DNA from: Paraphysomonas bandaiensis
Lineage: Eukaryota; Protista; Chrysophyceae
Direction of reading: 5' to 3'
Length of the DNA stretch: 64,000 bases
Assembly (NCBI GenBank): GCA_965644295.1
Contig: CBFFRP010000338.1
Span: 124,001 to 188,000, forward strand
Made by a program: the position numbers and the translations under genes. A model generated the notes under the pieces. It did no database searches, was not told the origin of the DNA, and worked only from the letters and a program-made list of their open reading frames with translations. Positions 50,735-62,624 of the stretch are shown piece by piece (the first letter of the stretch is position 1; each line of letters begins with the position of its first letter).

Positions 50735-53700
50735 TCAGATAATTCCTAGAAGTCTTGAGAGTCGAGAAAGAAGGCTTCGTATTACATCTCGACCTTCACC
50801 CTCGCTCACATCCTCCGGGGTATCTGCATCAATTGAGTCGTATTGCGACAGGGGTTCTGGCAGATCCTCGATATCATCGTTCGCCACTTCGTCATCCTCT
50901 TCATCATCCTCTTCATCGTCACCTTCCAGTTCGTTGTTTTCCGTCACATCTAGAGACCCCACAGATTTTCCCTTTCCTTTTGTGATGGCACGGCCAGTGC
51001 AGGTCACTACAAGAGAAAACTTTTGTGACCCACTATAAGGCAGTCCGCCCGCCCTCACGTACACCTTCATATCATAATATGAGCAACACTAGTGGAACAA
51101 AGCATTGTATCATACTTTCCAACGACCGGTAGCAGGACTGGGTACCACAACCTGCTCGTTGTTATTGATTCGGTCATATGTGTTTCCACCATTCGCATAG
51201 TACCTGCGTTATTAGAAGTGTATCAGATACATGAATGAACTATTATACTGACACTTTTAATACTTACATTGTATTTCCACCAGGTGCCTCTAGAACTAGG
51301 TCCAGATCGTGTATAAGAGCCTTCGACGACCCTGAAGTTCCGGGCGGGTCATACCAAGAGAGAGTAGCCCTGTCAAACAGGAATCGAAAAATAACAATGT
51401 AGCATAGAATCCAGGAAAAGACGACTCACTTGAGGGGACGGGACGACGACTTGACCCGAATCTTGTATAGCAAAATCTTGTTTTCGGCAATATTCACCAT
51501 ATCTCTCACATACAAAAGAAACTTGTAGTGTCCCGCCAGTGGCAATACGTTCTGCAACATGATACGCCCAAAACCCTGCAGTAGTAACACAAGTCAGCAT
51601 TTTCAGGTAGTTCAAGAAGCAATACAGTTATCTACCTGATAATTATCGGGGGGGGAGTCAAGGGCCCTGTCTTTGCTGCCCCCTCCATGGAATTTGCTTA
51701 GTCCATGTCCAGAATGTATCAGAATTGCTTTTATTAAAACACCGCTTGGAGTGAAACACTTGCAAAATGCATCCCTATTCTGGCACATGGTATTCCAGAA
51801 GCCGGAGTCAGTAAAGTACTGTCGAACGAGAGCAGCAGATCCGGCAGCAGCAGGGGATGCCATACTTGTTCCCGACTTGGCCATTGTCTGGCACGTTTTA
51901 TCATTTGTTCCTTGTTTAGAAGACCGCGCTGACACAACAGCATTTCCTGGGGCTATTAACTCTGGCTTAATTCTAATAACACACATATCAATTTAACTAT
52001 TAGCACAGCAGCACGATCCTACCTCCCGTCGTATGCTGGTCCTTGTGAAGAAAAATACGCCACATTTTCAATACTTTGGCTATTGAAGGATGTTTCTCCT
52101 GCTCCTACACCCACAACATTCTTTGATGATGCTTCTCGTGTTAGTGATCCTGCCCCCCGAGATCCGCTGTTGCCGTTCGCAAAAAATAAAATAGAGTCCT
52201 GAAACGAGATATTAAAGCATACCGCTTGTAATTACTGTACAAACCATATTCTCATAAAGATATGCGTCCATCGACTTTCCTACGTAGTATCCGCTTCCAC
52301 TGAAGGTAGCGCCCCAGGAGTTGGTATATATGACTGCACCAGCCTTGCGCATATTAGGGTAGGCCTCATTGATTCCAGGTGCATAGAGTGCACCTCGGGG
52401 AGTTCCGAGATCCATAAATGCAATCTTGGCTTCTGGCGCCACTCCATTCATAATTCCGTCTAATCCAAAAAGTAAGTGAGGGTTTCACAAGGGCATTAGC
52501 GTAAATAAACCCACCACCCTGAATACTTTCGCCATTGTTGCCTGCAACGGTGCCAGCAACATGTGTGCCATGTCCGTTGGTTAGATCTGTGTCATCCGCT
52601 TCGGGCAAACGCGTATACTGCACCACCTGAAAACCACGACAGGAATAAGTTATCGAGCCATGAAAACAAGTGCAGCACGGCATACCTTTCTTCGTCCGGT
52701 GTCAGTGACTGGGGAGTGATAAAGAGACCGCTCCACACGCCCATTTGCATCATGAAAGTAGCACGAGTATTCGTCCAAACCTGTGTCCGCCACTCCCACA
52801 ACCTGTACTCAATCAGTTGATACGATATACGTATAGAATATCACACCTGGTCCTTTCCTTTCAGCCCAGCAGCAGTGTATGGAGCGTACTGATTGGATGC
52901 CCCAACTGCCCCACTCTGCTGAATACTGCGTGCTCGGTAGTTCAGTAACTCAGGTCGAGTAGAAAGAGAAACAAATGAGACGCCTTCATTGCTTGCCAGC
53001 TCCGACGTAACATGTGCGATGCACGCAGCACTCAAATTGCCGTCTGGAATCGTCAGCAATGAAGAAATCGAAATCGAAAGTGTGTCCTGTACAACATGAT
53101 ATCGCTTATAGTTAAAAACACTCAATGCTTACATCAGTAACAGTGTATTGCAATGAACCATAACTGCAAGGGTCGTTTCCTGTGTTACCACATGCAGCCA
53201 AAGCACTTTGAAGGCTGTCCACGCGGTGGTCCCACTCCAGCACTCGTTCTAACTCGCCCGGAGGTGCATCATCTTTCTCTTCTTCGGACAGCTTCCAGTA
53301 AAACTCACTGAAAGTACCAAATGCATAGTCAGATAACTTCTCTTCAATCTTATCGCTCAGGCCTCGCATAATATCGTCAATGTCATCTCCCGATAGCGTG
53401 GGATACGTAAAGGCGGACAGCTGAAAATCCTTTGCTTCCTCAGTGGAGGCCCTTACGCTCGCGATATCTGCAGCTAGGGGAGGGTTAGGTGTATCAGCAC
53501 AGCTCTCCGCCCCTTCCAATATATCGAGAACATCAAATACGCTTTGTTCCACTTTCAGCGGCGAAGGTATACCCGCCACCATATCAAGGAGGGGGATCTC
53601 GTCGTTTTTATCATCATCAGTAGAAGTCCTAACAATGAAGCACAAGGCATCTTCTTCAGCATTGACATAAAAAGGAGTCAACAGAATGGCCTCCACATCT

Positions 53701-54041
53701 CGATAGGCAGAAGCTGTAAAATTACAATAAACATAAGTAACACTACGATAAGGCATATATGATATCATATGCTCCTCACCAGCAGCCAATCCATCCTCAT
53801 ATGCTGCACAACCTAAACGATTCAAGAAGGATGAATCAGTAGATTGTGATTGAATGACTTCATGATCAAGAGCTCGAGTTAGAGAGCTGGTTGATCCGAG
53901 AGATGTAGTTAATCGGTCAGAACCAAACGATAGGCTAAAGTAGCGGTCGGCAAGCTCTGTTCCAGTCACAGTTGCGGTCAGAATCAAGCAGAGAACTGTC
54001 GCAAAGGCGCAGAAGGTTGTTGTTCGTTGTTTAAAGATCAT
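50735..54041 (-). CDS. Secreted subtilisin-like S8 protease of the KP-43/TagC type
   Basis: Signal peptide. Catalytic motifs VGVADTGLD, GHGTHVAG, FANGNSG and SGTSMASP, plus SSQGPAYDGRIKPE and PSGVLIKAILIH. Acidic C-terminal tail. Confidence 0.92.
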
Positions 54042-54729
54042 AATTCACGTTATTACGAAATACTTTAAGTCTATGTAATTATGACATAGATCGCATATTA
54101 CTGACCTCACATCACATATACTGCAGCTTGAAGGGCTACTCTTCTTATCCATTCATTTTCAGAATATTCATTAGATAGAAGATGTCAATGCTGACGTAAT
54201 ACCAAACTACTTAACTTCTATGTATATCTCTTTTCTTTCTTCAAGAAGAAGGCTTCGAAGTTGAAGTTGTGAAAGAAAATTGAACTTAAAAGAAGTCAAA
54301 GTCAACCAATAAGAAAATTCGAATTCGAATACGAATAATTTAGCGCAAAAAATATTACCCATATAAGATATTCTGTATGTGAGAGTTGTTAGCGTATTTT
54401 ATTATAGGCAAATGAGGGGGTAGTACTGGCAATATATATGTGGGTGTATCATAGCACTTTACGCCCAACTTAACTGTATACAGTTGGATGTATATTTATG
54501 CAATCTTATTGTATACGTATCAGTAAGGCTATTGAACTTAACATCATCAATTAATTTAGATAATAAAATAGTGAAATGCATTGATGTAAAGTGATTTCAC
54601 AGAACCACTTTTAACAATGCATGCCCTGTTCTTTACGACTGATTTGAATGGAAACACCATGACATCCATATCTTTAATGCATTTAGCAGGGGGTGACTCG
54701 TATTCTTGGAATTTGTGGAATATTTTCTA

Positions 54730-54900
54730 CACTTCAAAAACATCAAAAAAGGGCTATATTTAAGAAAAAGTCAGAAAACTGTCAAATAGTGATGAAATTA
54801 TTCTAAAATCCATACTTTGGACTCTAAAAACTAGATATAACGATCTAAAAAACACAAAATATGTACAGTATAATACCAAGTTCCCACTTTTTAGTCTTAA
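54730..54900. promoter_or_regulatory. Phased A-tract segment in a divergent promoter region
   Basis: A/T runs centred near 54738, 48, 66, 76, 85, 96, 54806, 18, 28, 48 and 58 (~10-bp spacing), between divergent S8 and S2P genes. Confidence 0.5.
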
Positions 54901-55050
54901 GACACTCCACAGTTCATAGTGTAAGAGAGGATGGGTAGAGACTGAGATAATGGACACCGCCATAGGATATATTCGACGTTATTGTTCGTCAAGATAGTAT
55001 TGTAAGTAGGGTATAGAGATCATGTCATTGCAATAGATCGTCCCTGTAGC

Positions 55051-56977
55051 ATGATTGTTAATGTGTTCATGGCATGGGTGGGGTTATGGTGTATACGTAC
55101 TATAGCAGCTAATACTGCATGGGGAAAACAGATCATGGATTATATTGAAGGGTCAGGGTTCACTTGTAGTTTATTTCATGTTGCATATGAAACTAATCGC
55201 TTCAACACGCTCATGTTTAAATGGTTTAACGAGCCGAATAGGAAGCGACGTCTATACCTTGGTACATGGTTCAACTGCGGGGTGTTCGTTATGGCTGTGG
55301 GCCAAATCTGTTCAACCGTAGTGCTGACATTTATGTTGTTAAACTCCTTATCTAACCTCCTTACATATGACTCTGGTGAGGGTTCCAACTCACAAAACGC
55401 TAGCCAGCAAAGCGCTGTTCCTGCTATTGCTCCTATTATTCCTGGCATAAATTTCCCCGCAAAATATCTTTTAGATTTCTGGATTTGTACATTTGTAGTG
55501 ATTGTAGTTCATGAATTTGGCCATGCAGCTGCAGCCTCGATGGAAAGGCTTCAAATACAGGGCTGTGGAACATTTTTTTTGTTTATGTTTCCAGGTTTGC
55601 ACCTTTTTTTCTAAAAATCTTACATTGACCATGATGTTTTGTGGTTACCGACAGGAGCCTATGTGCGTGTTGAGGAGTCCATTCAGTATTTGCCGATGTA
55701 TCCTCAGCTACGCGTCTATTCCGCAGGAGTCTGGCACAACATTGTGATGGCGGGAATGTGTGTCCTATTCTTGTTCGGACTCCCGCATGCTCTGTCCTTA
55801 GGATACATCGATTTGCGAAGTGAGAGCGACGGCTTTCGGGGAGCAGTAGTCACACAGGTTCATTCACTTTCCCCTCTGACTGCGTCGTTACGAGTGGGCG
55901 ATGTCATTACGCATATTAATGGTGAGCCCTTTGCTTCTTCGGTGGACTATCAATCCGCCCTCAACAGTCTTCAGCGAAATATAGATAATTCTCTAGTATC
56001 AGCTACCACTCTGGAGATCATACAGAAGAAATATTTTCCGTATTGGCAGGTGGATATTGACGACAGGAGTATACCTATGCACACAGTCAAGGCGTTGAAA
56101 GGGATTTGTATTTCCCATATGCGAGTCGAAGCGCTAATGGATTCTTCGTTACAGTGCTGCAGAGACGTGGTGCTACCTCCCTCCTTGAACAGTGCCCAGT
56201 CTGACACGACCAACAGTTGCTTTATGCACCAACGCACTCACAGAAGGGCCTATCGTCGAGGCAATGCTACGTTAGATACAGATATAGCAACTCTTGCGGG
56301 AGGGATGACAGTAACGTTATATTGCTTGCCTGCACGAAACGTTATCACTTCTAGCATTGAGGGTAGTGATGTGTATCCTCTTCCGTGCGACTCTGATGTA
56401 GAATGCACTGCTGGGGATATGTGTACTCATGCGTTGACACCGTATCCGACTTCGATCATTACCCTCACAGTTGCCCGAAAGGGGGGCGTTTTGAAGGAGG
56501 TACTGTTCCAGGGAGCAGCAGAGGAGCTTCTATCGTGGGTCGGAGTTGGGGATTATTCACTTGGATTATGGTTGAGTAAGCTGGCCCCAGACAATTCAAT
56601 TATCTTTTCTCTACTCATGCGACTTCCAGAGAAGCTCACTCTGTACGCCTGGCTTGGCATTCAGGTGCTTCAAACTTTACCTTATTCATAAATCAAGTTG
56701 TATTGTAGCTAAATTTGTCGGTTGCATTTGTGAACATGCTCCCGGTTCAAGTACTCGATGGTGGCCTCGCCTGTCCACAATTTGCAAGGCTTCTCTTTCC
56801 AAGGTTAGGTTAATTACATAAAATATTCATACAATTGTTAACTGTGTGCCTTTTTGCATGAGCAGTAGAAACTGGAGTTCCGTCGCGACCGCGATACAAT
56901 ATTATGGTTTATTTTTATTGGCTTCGAATGCAGCGGTTGGAGTTTTACCATATATACAGTATTTATGGGTACAATGA
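55051..56977 (+). CDS. MBTPS2: Site-2 protease (M50 intramembrane metalloprotease)
   Basis: HEFGH zinc motif, PGAYV, AGVWHN, a PDZ-like region (GDVITHING) with a Cys-rich insert, and NMLPVQVLDGG. Confidence 0.93.
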
Positions 56978-57586
56978 CAAATTTGTGCTTATATGATATT
57001 TTAAAGCCTGCATGCATTCACAGCATTGTCAGCTTTGATACAGAATGAATTATGTTTACGGTGTATAGTGTATAGTCTATATGGTATATTTATGTTTAGT
57101 GAGTAAGTAAGTATACTGTCGTGTTGGTATCCAGAATGTTACTGGCTCGGTAGTTAGATCTCGATTTTCGATTTATCTTGAAATTTGGGGTGCTATTTAG
57201 CTACAGGTAGGAGTGAAATTTCGCATGGGACAATGGAATAAAATGCAGTCGTTCTATGGTTATACGTTATATAGTATATGTCAGATGACAGACAACTCCA
57301 TTGCTATTTTCATACATATAGAGTTTCTGGAAATATTAAATTGAAGTTAACACAGTCGCCTATTCGTGGGACTACTCCCATTTCGAGAGTACAGTAATCA
57401 CTCTCTCTGTATTGTTGTAAGGCACGCAGGATTCTGGATTACAACCTCTACTTCATTAACGCATAGTAACAACCGTTTTAGAATTATTACTTAAGACAAA
57501 GAAGAGGTGTCGTAAGTATTCCGTCGTTATATACATATAGAAATTAGCCACAGCTTACCGCACCGGCGTAATAAATCTACCATGAT

Positions 57587-59543
57587 CTAGTCCAGGAATC
57601 GAAGCGATACTTTCTGTCCCACAAGTCCGAGTTCCTCTACTGAAAAGGCCAACAAATCGGGCTTTGAAGTCTCGCGGTGCGTATCACTGATTGAGCGTGG
57701 GGGAAACCCGGAGAAGAGATCAAATCGCTTCTTACGTTCAGCTTCAGTGAACTAAGTTGCGCAAACACAAATGGTTAGGTTGCCATATGGTATATGCTGC
57801 TACCTTTATCCGTGAGTATCACTGGATACATGAAATATATATACACGTGCCGTTGCATTTTGTGCTTACCTCTGCCGTAACCTTGATTAATAGGTTCCCT
57901 AATGAGTCTGCTCTGGCATCAATTTTGCGCCCGTCAGGTAACACTACCCTAATGACCCCATCTTTCGACTTGCTTTCTCTGATGGAGCTACCAGTACTCC
58001 CAGAATCAGCACTACAGCTAGAGGCTACATCCTCAGCTAGAAATCCAGACTGACTATCACTTGTGGAATCCATCTCCGGTTTAGAAGATGATAACTTTCT
58101 AGAACTATTCGTTTCGGTACTTTGTGAAGGGTTCTCACTTGGAGGATCTGGTGTAGGAAGTGAGGAATTCAATGTGCTGGGAACGGCATTATCGGACGAT
58201 ATTTTCTGTGACTTTGCATCCCAGTACTCACTCGGGGATGGTTTTGAAGATAAAAAGTCCATCACTAAGTATTCAATCGTCATATATATTTTATAAATAG
58301 ATAAAGCGAGTCTGGGGCAAAAAGCACATATAGCGAACATGTAGGCTACATTATAATGGCGCAAATAAATATATCCGTGTACATGACTCATATACACATA
58401 TATATTCGTATCCACAAGTTGTGTGAAGGAAACTAGTTGCACTGCACTTACGTCTCTCGAATATAGCTTTTTTGCTGGGATTTTTGTCTACGTTCTTGAG
58501 CGTCAGAGTAACGGATCCTGTAACAGGGTCCACTACACTCACATGAGGATAAGATTCTCCTTGCCCTTTCTGTGCAACCATGAACAACACGATACATTGT
58601 CATTAGCCAAGAACATCTCCATAATGTATCTAATACACTTCATGAGTATAGCAGACATGGTACGAACCAGATAGCTCTCAATAAACCATTTTCCTTGCAC
58701 TGTAAAATGCTGATGTTGCCAAAATATGAAGCTACACAACAACGCTTCTTGGAACCCCTCATCCGACCAAACATCACTGCCACGGTGTCAGTAAAGAACG
58801 AAGTCATCACAGGCAATACCTGTTAAGTATATGGCTCGCAAACACATCTTCTTTCTGAATATTTACCAGTATCCACTTGTTCTCTTCTACAGCTCTATCT
58901 CGCGCCTATAAAAAATACCATAAACTATAAATTTATTTATAGTACAGGACAGTGCTGTGGTGTACCTCTTGAAAAGAACCTTTGAACATAATTCGGAAAG
59001 GAGGCTTATACAACCCTGATATGGAGCCTGGATTACCTGTGTGACCGGTTAATACAATATGTACGATAAAGCCAAAAGTGTAGTGGTAAAGCACGCACCA
59101 GATCCGGAAGCAAATGCCGAAGTCATCGTCAATGGCGGAGAGTATATGCCCGGTAGAACTGGTAGAAAACAAAACTGAATTTCAAAATACTATTTAATGG
59201 GTGAATTTTACCAGAAGAAGGGCCTGAAAGAAGACGCTGTCGTTTGCTTGGAATCGGCTTTCTAACCTCCTCCTCTTCGACGACATCACTATATACAGCT
59301 TCACTGTTGGAGCTACATGATGACCTGATAGACCCGTTAAAGTATATGAAAATACAGCAAATGAACATACTTAGTGTGATTCAATTGTCCCCCTGAAGAA
59401 GCTGTAGGATCCATATCATTATCGAAGTATAATTGTACAGCTTTCTCAAGATTATATTCTGATAGTGAGAGCATTTGTATGGCGACCTCCTCTGTACATC
59501 CCGTACAGCTCATGAATTCTGTTACTGGATCAGGTGATTCCAT
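57587..59543 (-). CDS. UBXN7: UBA-like / UAS(thioredoxin-like) / UBX domain protein, UBXN7-like p97 cofactor
   Basis: N-terminal UBA-like YNLEKAVQLYF, then VRKPIP, LYKPPFRIMFKGSF, KWILVNIQ and YPHVSVVDPVTG. C-terminal UBX-like IRVVLPDG...GFPP. Confidence 0.82.
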
Positions 59544-60280
59544 CTCACTTCAGTAATTCTTGCATTCAATGAATAACGAAATCTTGCTAATGTCTCAATT
59601 AATAATTAAGAGATACTAGTGATTTCATAGGAAGAATTCAAATGTATGAACTCAAGCAATATTCGAACTTTTGATAAGAATAGTGCTATTTTTTAGTTTC
59701 CAAAAGCTAGTTTTCTATTATATTTTGATAATTTCCTGTTTTTCGTGTACTTTTTACTGTATTGATAGGAAAAATTATTTAGCCCGCACCGCAGGTGCGG
59801 GATCCCGCACCCTTGTTTTTACACAAAGGCCGCACAGCAAGTGCGCCCATCGAGTGATCCAATCAGCAGAGTGCATCATAGCATAGTGCATCATATCACA
59901 TGCATCGAGTATATGTATATAGTAATATGACGAGGCAGCCATATGCAGCAGATACACGTTAATGAGTGCTTGAATGATAGGTGATAACATGTTGCTACCA
60001 TCTTATTTCATGAAACTGTGAGATGAGATATGCAGTTACTGGACGAGGTTTATAAGGCTGTATGGAGAGGAACTGTGAAGGGCTGTATATTATGGTATGA
60101 AGTGATTTGATATGGATATCAATGATTGAATTCCAGGTGGGAGCATCATGCTCCCATCATCCTATTTAAAGTGTCAGGTATGTAGAGAGATGAGAAGTGG
60201 TACATTTGAAGGAATAGAAGGCTGTATATCATGCATGCACTATGTTGTGTGATGGTATATGATATGCTGAATGTTGTCAT

Positions 60281-60674
60281 GGTTTATTATGCTGTTGTAG
60301 GCGCAATGACGTTTATACTTACCGGTGCAAGAGGGATGCCTAAGCGACACAAGCGCCCGGCTGCCCCTGTACCATCTTGCAGTGAATATGTGTCATGTTG
60401 TGTAAGGGTATGCAGTATGGCTGTATGTGATAAGAATTCTGAACGGTGTGGAATAATAAAATGCTGAAGGCTGTGATGGTTTATTATGCTGTTGTAGGCG
60501 CAATGACGTTTATACTTACCGGTGCAAGAGGGATGCCTAAGCGACACAAGCGCCCGGCTGCCCCTGTTCCATCTTGCAGTGAATATGTGTCATGTTGTGT
60601 AAGGGTATGCAGTATGGCTGTATGTGATAAGAATTCTGAACGGTGTGGAATAATAAAATGCTGAACGCTGTGAT
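60281..60674. repeat. Tandem repeat, 2 x 197 bp
   Basis: Units start at 60281 and 60478 and are nearly identical. Confidence 0.95.
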
Positions 60675-61197
60675 GGTTGATTATACTGTTGTATGCTCTG
60701 TAAATAATGATACGATGTATTCCAATTACTAATGAATCATTAATTATAAGGGTACAGTATAAAAAGTTGATGGAGTGGTTATAAATGAATACATATAGGC
60801 ATTCTACAGATTACTAACATCAGACTGTGTCGAATAATAAAATGCTGCACGCTGTAATGGTTGATTATACTGTTGTATGCTCTGTAAATAATGATACGAT
60901 GTATTCCAATTACTAATGAATCATTAATTATAAGGGTACATTATAAAAAGTTGATGGAGTGGTTATAAATGAATACATATAGGCATTCTACAGATTACTA
61001 ACATCAGACTGTGTCGAATAATAAAATGCTGAACGCTGTAATGGTTGATTATACTGTTGTATGCTCTGTAAATAATGATACGATGTATTCCAATTACTAA
61101 TGAATCATTAATTATAAGGGTACATTATAAAAAGTTGATGGAGTGGTTATAAATGAATACATATATTGGCATTCTACAGATTACTAACATCAGACTG
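60675..61197. repeat. Tandem repeat, ~2.8 x 184 bp (63-nt exon plus 121-nt intron units on the minus strand)
   Basis: Units start at 60675, 60859 and 61043. The minus strand shows TTACAG|63 nt|GTTAGT in each unit. Confidence 0.9.
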
Positions 61198-62111
61198 AAG
61201 TTTCCTTTTCTTTGTCCTTGGAATAATGTTACCATCACTGTCCCTTCGTGCACTCATTGCATCATATATACTGTTTATGTATTTCTTAGAGGCTTTTTTT
61301 TGGGGTGAAACTTGTCGTAATTTTCCTGACCAAATAAATCAACAATAACACGCAATTCAACCTTTTCAGCTATGCATTTTAAATTACTCTTCCATTCTCT
61401 GTACGAAGTAGACTGACTTGCCATACAGGGTTTCGGCTCATCAAGAAAACGTTTCTCGTCATCGTACAATAGGCCGAGTCCTTTAGTCAATACTCGATTT
61501 AGTTTTTTCTGTTTGTTGACGTTGTCTACCATAGGGTATACAGTAAATCATAGATATGTGAAGTATGTCCACTTACCGGAGAAATCAGATGCCCGATGTA
61601 TAATGTATTCACCTATGCGCTTCATTAGTTCTTTCCCCACTGGACTTGTTTTCTCTGATATACGCACTCCTTGTGCGATACACCGCTTGATAATATGCTT
61701 TGATACTGCCGCTCTCACATCTTTGTACCACAGCTCATTGGAGCTGCTTAATAACTCATTTCTTTTAAATCGCTTCGTCAGCGCAGTCTTCGTGTCTGAC
61801 AAATACTGCCAAGCAGTACCTAGGGTCAAAGGCTTCTTCGTTGTTCCATGGACGGCGTGATCGATCAAAAAGCCACCGAAACATTGAAATAGTTCTACAT
61901 TTATATCACTGTCTATGAGTTCCTTATACCTCTTCTTCCCGTCGAACCGCATCTCCAAGTACTTCGCAAACTGAGCTAACGCAGAGGAGTTACGATTTTT
62001 GGTTTCCCCATCACCGACTTTTCTAATGCCCCCTGTGGTAGTTGATTCCGTGGTAGTTGATTCCGTGGTAGTTGATTCCGTGGTAGTTGATTCCGTGGTA
62101 GTTGATTCCAT
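61189..62111 (-). pseudogene. Spliced element-encoded ORF resembling the N-terminal core-binding region of Crypton-type tyrosine recombinases, lacking a catalytic domain
   Basis: ELFQCFGGFL...LTLGTAWQYLSDTKTALTKRF...WY...KRCIAQG...EKTSPV. Intron 61526-61576 joins in frame to DNVNKQKK. Frame break at the A8 run (61294-61301). No R-H-x-x-R-Y motifs seen. Confidence 0.55.
62035..62109 (-). repeat. 5 x 15-bp coding minisatellite (ESTTT)
   Basis: (gtggtagttgattcc)5. Confidence 0.95.
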
Positions 62112-62624
62112 GCTACTATGATATGTTCTCGCTGTTATTATGTTCTGTATGTATGATACCATGCTGTGATGAGAGAGCTCCTCCTTCAACACCCACCTCC
62201 CTGGATCTATTACTCACCAGCAACACCATACATACCACTGGTCACTCATCATCACCACTTATATAGTTCCACACCATTATGGTGCGGGCTTGAGTACGGT
62301 ACCTTCCACATTTTACAGAAAAACTTGTGGATTTGTATGCAAAAGTCTAGATAGGATATACATTTTCCCAATTTTTTTCATTAATTACGATATATCGGAA
62401 ATATTTTGAACGGATTACATGACAGGTGTCATGAGAGGTTTGGAACCATTTATCATACACTCTATGTCTCAATCTTAGTTGAATTCTATCCAATCATTCT
62501 TCCTTATATATATACTCATACACACTGAACCTCATCTTCTATCTACTTAACATCATCATATATACACAAGTATGATCTATCCATACCATACCATACCATA
62601 CCACTATAAGATATATCTTATATT

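Larger units (their letters stand above)
59781..62290 (-). mobile_element. 2.5-kb element with palindromic GC-rich ends, internal tandem arrays and a tyrosine-recombinase (Crypton-like) N-terminal fragment
   Basis: AGCCCGCACC (59781-59790) and GGTGCGGGCT (62281-62290) are inverted copies, each embedded in a hairpin. The element interrupts the A/T-tract region between UBXN7 and the USP gene. Superfamily unresolved (Crypton or Helentron-like). Confidence 0.6.

Noticed and set aside
50735-54041. Calling the subtilase site-1 protease (MBTPS1)
   Set aside because: Its motifs match KP-43/TagC-type S8 enzymes, and the long S1P C-terminal region and TM anchor are absent.
60281-61197. CRISPR-like array (shared ~40-nt motif at regular spacing)
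   Set aside because: The intervening sequences are long duplicates rather than unique spacers. The context is eukaryotic with no cas genes, and tandem exon-intron duplication explains the pattern.
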